Assembly (NCBI GenBank): GCA_049695115.1
Contig: JBAVRP010000040.1
Coordinates: 10,040 to 74,039 of the forward strand
Length of the DNA: 64,000 nucleotides
Source of the DNA: Burkholderiales bacterium
Lineage (GTDB): Bacteria > Pseudomonadota > Gammaproteobacteria > Burkholderiales > JBEEJL01
Direction: 5' to 3'
The translations under genes and the position numbers were made by a program. Each line of letters begins with the position of its first letter. Position 1 is the stretch's first letter. The notes beneath the pieces were generated by a model. That model saw only the letters and a list, made by a program, of their open reading frames with translations. It was not told where the DNA came from and did no database searches. Shown here piece by piece: positions 30,101 through 38,787 of this stretch.

Positions 30101-30790
30101 TTCGCTACGCTTACAGACGGCGCGACTCCACAACCAATTACTACCACACCGGTAACAGGGTTAGGCGTTAACAATGTCGATCGGTATGTATTTGTCGGGA
30201 CAGGTAAGTTGCTGGGAGTAAGCGACAGTCCAAACGCCCAAACCCAGACAATTTACGGGTTCCATGATGGCGGAAAGAATGTACCTTACACAAGCGGCAC
30301 GCTGCCCGCATCAGTCACCTTCCCGATGAACAGATCGCATCTCGCAAAGGTGACCGATACTCTTATAGGTACTACGACTGCCGGGATGATAGGCTGGTAT
30401 TTTGACCTCGGCCATGATACCGCGGATCCGACGTCGCCAGCAGAGCGTGTCATCATTCACCCGGCATCCACCAATGGCACGGTGACATTTGGAACAGCCA
30501 CGCCGACTTCGGGCAGCGCCTGCAATGCGAATATCAAAGGCGATGCATATGCCCTCAAGTTCGAAAACGGCAAAACCCGACTAAGGGATAGTGCTACCAA
30601 TACCCCATTGGCCAAAATTTCCAGCCCGGATGGGATTGCAAAAATTCAATTGGTCCGTATAAATGGCAAAATACGGGCGATTGCAACCGATACGCAAGGC
30701 AAAGTTGTCACCCTGGGTGGCGGCGCGCTCGGAAATGAACAGCAGGAAGGAAAACCCCATCGCCACTACTGGCGCGAGGTTCTGCAATAA
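27176..30790 (+). CDS. pilY1: type IV pilus tip adhesin / biogenesis factor PilY1 (PilC family) with N-terminal vWA-like MIDAS
   Basis: 1204 aa with a signal peptide and LDNSGSM (DxSxS) near residue 68. The C-terminal region has repeated G/W/Y-rich propeller-like blocks (AYIPTFVY, GGLGKGGRGYYALDIT, GDLLGNLWRFD). Confidence 0.85.
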   Translation: MNAVVTNRETAMKLNQPNKRLKTITAILILQFAILPVGTSAYAAVTDISDIPLAAFSSVKPNLMYTLDNSGSMTWNSVTGFDGLAEYSNANRAFYSSSYNKIYYNPTITYTPPVNYLGVSMGNAPPGAARVDPFPTAGGSLATTRLTDTCNGTKDSVATAIPTPGTCANDLTRPVAMYAFYYVWDGVTNIAVANPGNAAFPQRVDITQGRTYPRPTAANPAGLKAATRTDCITPTAATATTCTYNEEIQNFANWFSYYSSRILMTKTSLGRVFAKLNDKFRVGFNAINTTSTDNQTAPPAGSAFWQNVDDFNATNKQAWFNRVYAIDPQNSTPLRNQMQKIGRYFEGKFPGATDPMQYSCQSNYHIMSTDGFWNDGVPGSPTVSNVDSDPDPAGYSSVASGAFDRQNQSNTLSDVALYYYKNDLRDSSKANCTGALGFDVCANNVKTNSKDGAKHQHMVVYTVGLGAGGQNAYFEDYEIRSESKYLGKGYDPTFWLSRMKAGDTSPANNWPAVPGNTQTTIDDLWHAAINARGTYLNAGSPDRLIAGLGGILNDIAAKEGAGAGAALSSNDLKKNVPAGAFPVRYDSSDWSGEVIANTVTIDSATGLTVTVPAWNARELLDAQVAGTGWKNNRKIFTIGNGTTPKPFEWDKLSTSQQTALGTKDVLEYLRGDTSNPLFRPRKHVLGDIVGSEPVFVTAPNENYKEADNPGYETVFKQAYENRKPMLYVGANDGMLHAFDPNLDTTLGGGQELWAYIPTFVYNGPNGTPTVDGLAALANPTYTHHFYVDAKAHVKDVDFSRTGGDPKLVPLTTHDWHTMLVGGLGKGGRGYYALDITNPTSDATDGQQTLADSKILWEFTDPDMGFTYGEPLVTKTRKWGWVVVVSSGYNNISGPNPGQGFLYILNAKTGALLQKIGTGVGTATNPSGLTHFTSWTADEGTWLAEQMYAGDLLGNLWRFDVSQLASVSTPFSAPLKFATLTDGATPQPITTTPVTGLGVNNVDRYVFVGTGKLLGVSDSPNAQTQTIYGFHDGGKNVPYTSGTLPASVTFPMNRSHLAKVTDTLIGTTTAGMIGWYFDLGHDTADPTSPAERVIIHPASTNGTVTFGTATPTSGSACNANIKGDAYALKFENGKTRLRDSATNTPLAKISSPDGIAKIQLVRINGKIRAIATDTQGKVVTLGGGALGNEQQEGKPHRHYWREVLQ

Positions 30791-30807
30791 GCCTGTTTGG
30801 TTTGTGA

Positions 30808-30842
30808 AAATAATAACGGCCGCATAGCGGCCGTTATTATTT
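30808..30842. terminator. bidirectional intrinsic terminator
   Basis: AAATAATAACGGCCGC-ATA-GCGGCCGTTATTATTT forms a perfect 16-bp stem between the convergent pilY1 and ispH. Confidence 0.75.
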
Positions 30843-30854
30843 GGAAAACCAGAA

Positions 30855-31793
30855 TCAACTGATCGGTTGAATTGGGATCAGGTTTTTCGGCAAGGGGAAA
30901 GTTACATTCTCGGTGATGCCGTCGAGTTCTTTCACACTTTCCGCTCCAAGTTGTTTCAGGCGTGCGATGACTTCCTGCACCAGCACTTCAGGTGCCGAGG
31001 CGCCGGCGCTGACGCCGATATTTTTTTTTCCGGCAAGCCAATCGGCTTTGAGTTCTTCCGCATTGTCGATTAGATAAGCTTCGACGCCGTAGGTATGGGC
31101 GACGTCGCGCAGGCGGTTGGAGTTAGAGCTGGACGGCGAGCCGACGACGATGACCAGGTCGCATTTTTTCGCCATGAATTTCACCGCGTCCTGGCGGTTT
31201 TGCGTGGCGTAGCAGATGTCGTCTTTTTTTGGGCCGACAATTTTGGGGTAGCGTTTTTTCAGCGCGTCGATAATGCGGCTGGCGTCATCGACCGACAAAG
31301 TCGTTTGCGTGACGAACGCGAGCTGGTTTACGTTTTTGACATTGAGCTTCGCGACGTCGGCCTCGTTTTCCACCAGGTACATGCCGCCTTCGCACTGACC
31401 CATGGTGCCCGCGACTTCCGGGTGGCCGGCGTGGCCGATCATGATGATTTCTTTTCCCGCGGCGTGCATTTTGGCGACTTCGACATGCACTTTGGTCACC
31501 AACGGACAGGTGGCGTCGAAAATTTTCAGGCCGCGTCCCTCGGCCTCGCGCCGTACTTCTTTCGCCACGCCGTGCGCGCTATAGATCAGTGTGCTGCCTT
31601 CGGGCACATCTGAAAGTTCTTCAATAAATATCGCGCCTTTGGCTTTGAGGCCATCGACGACGAATTTGTTATGCACTACTTCATGACGCACATAGATGGG
31701 CGCGCCGTAAAGCGTCAGCGCCTTTTCGACGATATCAATGGCGCGATCGACGCCGGCGCAAAAACCGCGGGGATTGGCTAGTAAGACGTCCAT
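30855..31793 (-). CDS. ispH: 4-hydroxy-3-methylbut-2-enyl diphosphate reductase
   Basis: [19 protein letters not shown] start (ATG 31793; the track's 31814 is a TTG extension), the [10 protein letters not shown] motif, and a conserved C-terminus. Confidence 0.95.
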   Translation of the reverse strand: MDVLLANPRGFCAGVDRAIDIVEKALTLYGAPIYVRHEVVHNKFVVDGLKAKGAIFIEELSDVPEGSTLIYSAHGVAKEVRREAEGRGLKIFDATCPLVTKVHVEVAKMHAAGKEIIMIGHAGHPEVAGTMGQCEGGMYLVENEADVAKLNVKNVNQLAFVTQTTLSVDDASRIIDALKKRYPKIVGPKKDDICYATQNRQDAVKFMAKKCDLVIVVGSPSSSNSNRLRDVAHTYGVEAYLIDNAEELKADWLAGKKNIGVSAGASAPEVLVQEVIARLKQLGAESVKELDGITENVTFPLPKNLIPIQPIS

Positions 31794-31846
31794 GTTACTG
31801 TTCCTAAGTTTCAATAAGTGATTTTAACGCTTGTAACACCCTGTTG

Positions 31847-32329
31847 TCAGGCGGGGTTTTTAAAGCTGTGCAAAATAAGCAACGCTGCGCCGATGGAAAT
31901 GGCTGAATCGGCGACATTGAACGCAGGAAAATAATAGCCCGCACCGTGGACCTGGACGAAATCAATCACATGCCCATACAAAATACGATCAATCAGATTG
32001 CCCAGCGCCCCGCCGAGTATCAACGCCAGCGCAAGGCAAAACCATTTTTCCTGAGCATGTTTGCGCAACAAATAGGTGATCAAAACGGACGCGGCAACGG
32101 AGATGAAAATAAAAAACCATTTCTGCCACCCGCCGGCGTCGGCGAGAAAGCTGAAGGCCGCGCCCTGGTTGTACGCCAATACCAAATTGAAAAATGACGT
32201 TATGGTGAGACTTTCGCCAAACGCAAAATGTTTTTCAATGGCCTGCTTGGTGATTTGATCCAGCACGATGACCAGCGCGCTCAACCATAGCCATGCCGTC
32301 CATTTTTTTTCCGCGACAAAATTAAGCAT
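31847..32329 (-). CDS. lspA: lipoprotein signal peptidase (signal peptidase II)
   Basis: 160 aa with four TM segments and the NxGAAFSF and FNVAD motifs. It overlaps the ileS stop by 8 nt. Confidence 0.95.
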   Translation of the reverse strand: MLNFVAEKKWTAWLWLSALVIVLDQITKQAIEKHFAFGESLTITSFFNLVLAYNQGAAFSFLADAGGWQKWFFIFISVAASVLITYLLRKHAQEKWFCLALALILGGALGNLIDRILYGHVIDFVQVHGAGYYFPAFNVADSAISIGAALLILHSFKNPA

Positions 32330-35168
32330 AGGTGCGTTGCTCGCCAGCGCCGTACAAATTGCTCACGCAGCGCCCGCACAATGGTGGATGCTTGGCGTCC
32401 GCGCCCACATCGCCGCGGTAATGCCAGCAGCGCTCGCATTTTTTGTCCGTGCTGGGGGACACTGTAATGTCCATTTTCTCCACAATACCGTTAATTACTT
32501 TAGGCTCTGGTGAGAAGATGACTTCGGTTTGAGATGAAATGAATATAAATCGCAAATCATCACCAAAGCTTTGCAAAAATTCTACGTCAGATGAAACAGC
32601 TTCAATGCGAATATTGGCCGCCAACGATGAGCCAATAGCACCAGTAACGCGAACCTCTTCCATTTTTTTCACTACATCAGAACGTACAACCCGCACGCGC
32701 GACCAACGATTCAGCAATGCGTCTGCATTAGTGATTTTCGGCAACACATGCCAAGTTTGCAGAAATACGCTATCTATTTGTTTTAAGTGAATATTTTTCC
32801 ATGCTTCGTCGGCGGTAAAACTCAACACCGGCGCGAGCAAGCGAACTATCGAATGCGCGATGTGGTGCAAAGCGTTTTGCGCAGAACGGCGCGCAGCAGA
32901 ATTCTCGCCGGCGGTGTAGAGCCGGTCTTTCAACACATCCAAATAAAATCCACCGAGGTCTTCGGAGCAAAACGCCTGCAGCTTTTGCAAGGCGAAGTGA
33001 AATTCGTAGCGCGCAAAATCCGCCGTCACGTCGTTGTGTAATATTTGCGTCAGCGCGATGGCGTAGCGATCAATCTCTAACCATTGCTCAACCGGCAAGG
33101 CATGTTTGCTGGCGTCGAAGTCCGCGATATTGGCCAACAAGAAACGTAGCGTGTTGCGCAAGCGGCGATAACTTTCCACCACGCGCTTGAGGATTTCGTC
33201 CGAGATCGACAGCTCACCGGAGTAATCCGTGCTGCCTACCCACAAGCGCAAAATATCTGCACCAAGGGTGTCAAAAACTTTTTGCGGCGCGACTACATTA
33301 CCGACCGACTTGCTCATCTTGCGACCATTGCCATCGACGACAAAGCCGTGCGTCACCAGTGAATTATACGGTGCGCGGCCATTGATGGCACAACTCGCCA
33401 GCAGCGACGAATGAAACCAACCGCGATGTTGGTCCGAACCTTCGAGATAAATATCCGCAGGGAATTGCAGCTCTGGTCGCTGGCGCAAAACGGTTTCGTG
33501 TGTTGTGCCGGAATCAAACCACACGTCGAGCGTGTCGGTCATTTTCACATAGTCGCCTGCGTCAGCACCGAGCATCTCTTGCGCTGTGATCGATTGCCAG
33601 GCTTCGATACCTTCTTGCTCGACACGCTTGGCGACTTGCTCCATCAATTCAATCGTGCGCGGATGCGGCTCGTCAGTTTCCTTGTGCAGAAAAAACGGAA
33701 TCGGTACGCCCCAATTACGCTGACGCGAAATGCACCAGTCAGGTCGATTGGCGATCATGCCGTGCAAACGCGCCTTGCCCCATGCCGGATAAAATCCCGT
33801 CGCCTCAATCGCGTCGAGCGCCAGTTGGCGCAAGGTTTTATCGGCGCTATTTTTATCTGTCGCTTTGCGGTCCATGCCGATAAACCACTGGCTAGTCGCG
33901 CGAAATACCGTCGGCGTTTTGTGACGCCAGCAATGCGGATAGCTGTGATCGAAATTGGCGGATTTAAATAGCGCGCCTTTTTCGTCGATGGTTTTAACGA
34001 TTTCCGCTTGGGCTTTCCAGATATTCAAGCCGCCGAATAGCGGCAGTGAATCCACGTAACGTCCGTTACCTAATACCGGCGTGAGAATTTCTTCGTTCTT
34101 CATGCCGTAGCGCTTGCACGAATTAAAGTCATCTACGCCGTAAGCTGGCGATGAATGCACGATACCCGTGCCGGTTTCCAGCGTGACGTAATCCGCCACA
34201 TAGATAGGAGAAATGCGATCATAAAATGGATGCGTAAAACGAAGATTTTCAAGCTGCTTTCCAGGCACAACGCCTTCTGCCGATCCAGTCATTCCATACC
34301 GCAATAAACATTCTGACACGCGGTCTCTGGCGAGCACTAATAGCACTTGCTTTCCTGAGCTATGGATAGCTCTGACTAAAGCATAGGCAATATCTGGATT
34401 CACATTTAATGCTTGGTTCGCCGGAATCGTCCAAGGAGTGGTCGTCCAAATTACCGCGTATATCGGTAAATCCATTTTGCTTCCAACAGCTCCAAAAATT
34501 TGCGTGAATTTTGTACGGTCCTCATCAAGAAGCTGAAAGCCCACATCAATCGCAATCGATTTTTTATCTTCGTATTCCACTTCGGCCTCAGCCAAAGTCG
34601 AGCCGCAATCGAAACACCAATTCACTGGCTTCAATCCGCGATACAAATAACCGCGCTGCATAATCTTACTCAAGGCGCGGATTTCATTTGCCTCTTGATC
34701 GTAAGCCATTGTTTTATATATATTTTTCCAGTCGCCTAAAACACCCAGACGAATGAAATCTTTTTTCTGTTTTTCGATTTGCTCGCCCGCATACGCGCGC
34801 GAAAGTTTTTGCACTTCGATGGCCGGAATATTTTTACCGTGGGTTTTTTCAATCTGGATTTCGATCGGCATGCCGTGGCAGTCCCAGCCGGGCAAATACA
34901 CCGCGTCGAAACCGGCAAAATTTTTGCTCTTGACGATAATGTCCTTCAAAATTTTGTTCAACGCATGACCGATATGGATATCCGCATTTGCAAACGGCGG
35001 GCCGTCGTGCAGAATAAATTTCGGCCGGCCTTTGGAGACTTCGCGGATTCTTTCGTACAGCTTTTTTTCCTGCCATTCCACCACCCAGCCCGGCTCGCGC
35101 TTGGCCAAATCGCCGCGCATGGGGAAAGGAGTATCAGGGAGATTGAGGGTTTGTTTGTAATCGGTCAT
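32322..35168 (-). CDS. ileS: isoleucine--tRNA ligase
   Basis: 948 aa with the HIGHALNK (HIGH) and KMSKS motifs and a C-terminal Zn-finger (CERCW...CGRC). Confidence 0.97.
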   Translation of the reverse strand: MTDYKQTLNLPDTPFPMRGDLAKREPGWVVEWQEKKLYERIREVSKGRPKFILHDGPPFANADIHIGHALNKILKDIIVKSKNFAGFDAVYLPGWDCHGMPIEIQIEKTHGKNIPAIEVQKLSRAYAGEQIEKQKKDFIRLGVLGDWKNIYKTMAYDQEANEIRALSKIMQRGYLYRGLKPVNWCFDCGSTLAEAEVEYEDKKSIAIDVGFQLLDEDRTKFTQIFGAVGSKMDLPIYAVIWTTTPWTIPANQALNVNPDIAYALVRAIHSSGKQVLLVLARDRVSECLLRYGMTGSAEGVVPGKQLENLRFTHPFYDRISPIYVADYVTLETGTGIVHSSPAYGVDDFNSCKRYGMKNEEILTPVLGNGRYVDSLPLFGGLNIWKAQAEIVKTIDEKGALFKSANFDHSYPHCWRHKTPTVFRATSQWFIGMDRKATDKNSADKTLRQLALDAIEATGFYPAWGKARLHGMIANRPDWCISRQRNWGVPIPFFLHKETDEPHPRTIELMEQVAKRVEQEGIEAWQSITAQEMLGADAGDYVKMTDTLDVWFDSGTTHETVLRQRPELQFPADIYLEGSDQHRGWFHSSLLASCAINGRAPYNSLVTHGFVVDGNGRKMSKSVGNVVAPQKVFDTLGADILRLWVGSTDYSGELSISDEILKRVVESYRRLRNTLRFLLANIADFDASKHALPVEQWLEIDRYAIALTQILHNDVTADFARYEFHFALQKLQAFCSEDLGGFYLDVLKDRLYTAGENSAARRSAQNALHHIAHSIVRLLAPVLSFTADEAWKNIHLKQIDSVFLQTWHVLPKITNADALLNRWSRVRVVRSDVVKKMEEVRVTGAIGSSLAANIRIEAVSSDVEFLQSFGDDLRFIFISSQTEVIFSPEPKVINGIVEKMDITVSPSTDKKCERCWHYRGDVGADAKHPPLCGRCVSNLYGAGEQRTYA

Positions 35169-35228
35169 ATATTTCTAAAATCTTTCACCACAGAGGAACG
35201 GAGGCACAGAGAAAAACAAGAAATGCTT

Positions 35229-35315
35229 GTCATTCTGAGCGAGAGCGAAGAATCTGGTTTTCGTTCAGCCTGAACCTTCGATAACAAACAGATCCTTCAC
35301 TTCGTTCAGGATGAC
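35229..35315. repeat. palindromic intergenic repeat, family GTCATYCTGAG...CTCAGRATGAC
   Basis: GTCATTCTGAGCGAGAGCGAAGAATCTGG ... CAGATCCTTCACTTCGTTCAGGATGAC. The right arm overlaps the last codons and the TGA of ribF. Confidence 0.75.
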
Positions 35316-36241
35316 AAAAATATGCGCGCTTGATCCGCGTCAATCTGAATCTGCTTTTTTAACTTTTCCAGATCCGTATATTTTTCTTCGTCGCGCAGTT
35401 TTTTCAAAAATTCCACTTGAACATGCTTGCCGTATAAATCGCCATCGAAATCGAATACGTGCACTTCAAGCTTGGCGCTTGCATTGTCACTCACTGTCGG
35501 GTTCAGGCCCAAGCTCGCCACGCCGGTTAACACGCCATTTTCCGCGACGTGCAAGTGTACCGCAAAGATACCCTTGAGCGGCGGACGGTTGTGGCGCATT
35601 TGTATGTTGGCCGTAGGAAATCCGATTTCCCGTCCGAGTTTATTTCCGTGCATGACCCGGCCGGAAATCGAATAAGCCCGGCCGAGCAGTTCCTGCGCAC
35701 GGGCGAGATCGCCCCGCGCCAGCGCGTTGCGCACGGCGGTGCTGGAGACGCGTTCACCTTTGTGGGTAAAGCTCTGCATTTTTGCCAATTCAAAACCTGA
35801 TCTGGTCGCGGCTTCGGTAAGAAAGGCAAAATCGCCCGCGCGCTTCGCGCCGAAACGGAAATCATCCCCCACCAGCAGCCACTTGGTCTGCAATCGACGA
35901 ACCAACAAGTCGTCGATAAAATCCTGCGCGCTGAGCGATGAAAAATTCTTGTTAAACCGGCAGACATAGGTTTTATCCACGCCGAAACTTGCCAGCAGTT
36001 CGAGTTTTTCGCGCAAAGTGGTCATGCGCGTCGGCGCATCGTCAGGGGTAAAAAATTCGCGCGGGTGCGGCTCGAAAGTCATCACGCACGCCGGCAGTTT
36101 GCGCACCTCGGCGGCGGCGCGCAGTTGTGCCAGCATGGCCTGATGGCCCAGATGCACGCCGTCGAAATTACCAATGGTCAGGGCGCACGGCGTAGTGGAC
36201 AATGCCGGGGATAATGCTGGTACGCCGCGGATAACTTGCAT
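35306..36241 (-). CDS. ribF: bifunctional riboflavin kinase / FMN adenylyltransferase
   Basis: MQVIRGV...LTIGNFDGVHLGHQAM start (ATG 36241; the track's 36259 is TTG). C-terminal riboflavin kinase block GRVMHGNKLGREIGFPTAN. Confidence 0.95.
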   Translation of the reverse strand: MQVIRGVPALSPALSTTPCALTIGNFDGVHLGHQAMLAQLRAAAEVRKLPACVMTFEPHPREFFTPDDAPTRMTTLREKLELLASFGVDKTYVCRFNKNFSSLSAQDFIDDLLVRRLQTKWLLVGDDFRFGAKRAGDFAFLTEAATRSGFELAKMQSFTHKGERVSSTAVRNALARGDLARAQELLGRAYSISGRVMHGNKLGREIGFPTANIQMRHNRPPLKGIFAVHLHVAENGVLTGVASLGLNPTVSDNASAKLEVHVFDFDGDLYGKHVQVEFLKKLRDEEKYTDLEKLKKQIQIDADQARIFLSS

Positions 36242-36380
36242 GGATTCTTGCTGCCGCAATGGGCGATAATGGATTCTGATACGATGAATTTTAACTTGCC
36301 GAGGCTAGGCGGGTCTAGGCGTAAACGGAACTTGATGGCAATCGTTGGCTCAAAAGGGGCTATCTTAACGGTTAAATCAA

Positions 36381-37304
36381 ATGAATCGATTGATGAAATA
36401 TCCCATTAAGCGCGTGACGTTAGTATTTTTGGCTACCAGCCTGCTGTTAATCGGCGGCTGCAGCATGTTCCGCCTCGCTTATAACAATGCCGATATCGCC
36501 ATCAACTGGATGCTGGACGACTATTTCGACTTACACGGCGAACAGCATGCATTGTTAAAGACAAAATTGGAGACCCTACAGACCTGGCACCGCAGCGAAG
36601 AACTGCCGCTGTATGTCGAAGGCCTGAAGGCGACGCAAGCCCGTTTACGCCAAACCGTGCAGCGGGAAGATATAGACTGGTTTATGGACATGGTTAAAAA
36701 ACGCTACGAGCGCCTGGTACGCGAGGCCGCCCCCGATGCCGCAGACTTGCTGGCGACCCTTACACCGGAGCAAATCAGGAACCTGGAAAAAAAATACGCA
36801 AAAAACAATAGAAAATTTTCCAAGGAGCACAAACTTACCGGCACACCAAGTGAGCAGCGCGAAGCACGGGCGAAAAAAACTATCGACATGATAGAAGATT
36901 GGGTGGGCAATCTGTCGGGGGAACAGGAGGCGCAATTGCGTCAGAGCATTGAAGCATGGCCGATGAATTACAGCTTTGTAGAAGAGGACCGCCAGCGCCA
37001 CCAGCGCGAATTTGTCGTGTTGCTGGGAAAAAATCACGATGCCAGCACCCTCGCGCCGCTATTGGCGGACTGGATGATCCACTACGAGGATGGCCGCTCG
37101 CCGGAATATGCGGCGTATTCACAGCAGCGTACGGAAAATTTTATCAATCTGGTTTTACAAACCGACCGCATGCTGAAACCAAAACAGCGGACGCATTTGA
37201 TCCATAAATTACAAACCTATATCAACGATTTCAGTTCTTTATCGCGGCCAAGGCAACTCGCTTTACCAACCGGAAATGCGCTGGCGGCTGAAACGGCAAA
37301 ATAA
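36381..37304 (+). CDS. lipoprotein of unknown function (DUF6279-like by memory)
   Basis: 307 aa with the lipobox LLLIGG/C. The body is helical and charged. No catalytic motif was recognised. Confidence 0.6.
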   Translation: MNRLMKYPIKRVTLVFLATSLLLIGGCSMFRLAYNNADIAINWMLDDYFDLHGEQHALLKTKLETLQTWHRSEELPLYVEGLKATQARLRQTVQREDIDWFMDMVKKRYERLVREAAPDAADLLATLTPEQIRNLEKKYAKNNRKFSKEHKLTGTPSEQREARAKKTIDMIEDWVGNLSGEQEAQLRQSIEAWPMNYSFVEEDRQRHQREFVVLLGKNHDASTLAPLLADWMIHYEDGRSPEYAAYSQQRTENFINLVLQTDRMLKPKQRTHLIHKLQTYINDFSSLSRPRQLALPTGNALAAETAK

Positions 37305-37310
37305 ATCCCG

Positions 37311-37796
37311 TCAGGAAAAAAGATCCGGCGCTCTTTCCTTGCTCGGGTGGATGCGCGGATCCCTGAGCACGCAAACCTGATCCGGCGCTCCCGTCTCACT
37401 TGGCCTTTTCTGCTTATCCCCTAACGAGAAGCGCAAACGGTATTCCTGCTCGCCCATTTCTGCCGACGCGTTGAGGCGCGCCAGCTTGCCGCTGTTGAAT
37501 GACAATTTGCCGAGCTTGGAACTATAAGAATAAGCGCCGGAAGTTTTATACGCGGAGTTGTTATAGGTGCCGGCGCCGTCAAGGGATATGGTGCCGAGCG
37601 GGCTACGCGTCTGGCCGTAAGTCGGCTGCTTGCCTTTAGGTGTTTTGGTGTGCCCGGTTACCGACCAGGCAAAGCATTGGTAATCACCCGCGGGCGGCGG
37701 CAAGGCCGGCGCGAAGCGCGTCGCTGCAAATCCTGGCGTAGAAAATGCCAAAAAAAACAAAACATTTGTCATTGTCAGCCAAAATGGTTTTTGCAT
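37311..37796 (-). CDS. secreted hypothetical protein
   Basis: ATG 37796 gives MQKPFWLTMTNVLFFLAFSTPGFA/ATRF. The body is Gly/Ser/Tyr-rich. It is convergent with the lipoprotein gene. Confidence 0.5.
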   Translation of the reverse strand: MQKPFWLTMTNVLFFLAFSTPGFAATRFAPALPPPAGDYQCFAWSVTGHTKTPKGKQPTYGQTRSPLGTISLDGAGTYNNSAYKTSGAYSYSSKLGKLSFNSGKLARLNASAEMGEQEYRLRFSLGDKQKRPSETGAPDQVCVLRDPRIHPSKERAPDLFS

Positions 37797-37915
37797 CTGG
37801 GTCAACCTGCCTGCCTGAAATTTTCTCTTTTGAGTTTAGCAACCCTGGCGACGTTTGTCTTAATTAAAATGGAGACAAATGTTTCAGTTTAATCGCGTGT
37901 TTGGCTCATGCATTA

Positions 37916-37990
37916 GAAAAGCATATCCTACACCACCTTCAGGATGACAAAAGGAAATGTCATTCTGAGAGCACTGCACGAGGAATCCGC
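37916..37990. repeat. two half units of the GTCATYCTGAG family arranged end-to-end (…CAGGATGAC-10 nt-GTCATTCTGAG…)
   Basis: 37916..37948 reads GAAAAGCATATCCTACACCACCTTCAGGATGAC. 37959..37990 reads GTCATTCTGAGAGCACTGCACGAGGAATCCGC. Confidence 0.6.
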
Positions 37991-37992
37991 TT

Positions 37993-38757
37993 TCAGCCGA
38001 ATGACGGCACAGCCTCGGCCATTTGAATGTCATCCAGTTGCGCGCGTTTATACACCTCGCCCAACATCACAATCGCCGGGCCGGTGATGCCCCATGACGA
38101 CGCATCGTGCAAACCATCCAGCGTAGTGACGAATTTACGCATGTTAGGCAGCGACGCATTTTCCACTACCACCACCGGCGTCTCGCCGCAGCGGCCTTGC
38201 GCTATCAAGGCATCGACTATTTCCACCGACTTGCCCACGCCCATATAAAGCACAGTGGTATCGCTCGACGTCGCGTCGCGCATCCAACCGTTTTCATTTT
38301 CGTCTGCACCGATGCGCGGCGTGGCGAAAGTCACGCTACGCGCAAGGCCGCGCTCGGTGAGCGAAATTTTCAAATCCGCGCTGGCGGCTAATGCCGCCGT
38401 GATACCGGGTACCACTTCATATTCGATGCATGCGTTCTCCAGCGCATCGATTTCTTCCATCGCGCGACCAAACAACATCGGGTCGCCGCCTTTCAAGCGC
38501 ACAACGGTTTCGTACTTTGCTGTTGCTTCAACCAGCATACGGTTGATAAAACGTTGATCGGTAGAAAGTTGTCCGCAACGTTTACCGACGGCAACTTTCT
38601 TTGCATTGCCAGCTAACGCAATCGTGTCAGCGTGAACCAGCGCGTCGTAAAACACGATGTCCGCTTGCGCGAGCAAACGCGCCGCGCGGAGCGTGAGCAG
38701 ATCAGGCGCACCAGGACCGGCACCGACTAAATATACTTTCCCCATGTTTTTTCTCAT
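37993..38757 (-). CDS. cobA: uroporphyrinogen-III C-methyltransferase (SUMT domain only)
   Basis: 254 aa with GKVYLVGAGPGAPDLLTLRAARLLAQADIVFYDALV. There is no N-terminal dehydrogenase/ferrochelatase domain. The start could also be ATG 38745. Confidence 0.9.
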   Translation of the reverse strand: MRKNMGKVYLVGAGPGAPDLLTLRAARLLAQADIVFYDALVHADTIALAGNAKKVAVGKRCGQLSTDQRFINRMLVEATAKYETVVRLKGGDPMLFGRAMEEIDALENACIEYEVVPGITAALAASADLKISLTERGLARSVTFATPRIGADENENGWMRDATSSDTTVLYMGVGKSVEIVDALIAQGRCGETPVVVVENASLPNMRKFVTTLDGLHDASSWGITGPAIVMLGEVYKRAQLDDIQMAEAVPSFG

Positions 38758-38769
38758 ATAAAATATATA

Positions 38770-38787
38770 AATATAATCATATAGTTA
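38770..38787 (-). promoter_or_regulatory. AT-rich box copy (TAACTATATGATTATATT) before cobA
   Basis: It overlaps the last codons and stop of cysN (…GMITI*), 12 nt upstream of ATG 38757. Confidence 0.45.

Noticed and set aside
31794-31814. N-terminal extensions from TTG or GTG starts in the ORF track for ispH (31814), ribF (36259), gap (11698), murJ (48933), the secreted hypothetical (37805) and the ATL gene (58163).
   Set aside because: In each case a downstream ATG reproduces the conserved family N-terminus and/or has a better-placed RBS. By contrast, TTG or GTG starts were kept for the ThiO-like, ABC-F and purC genes, where no alternative fits.
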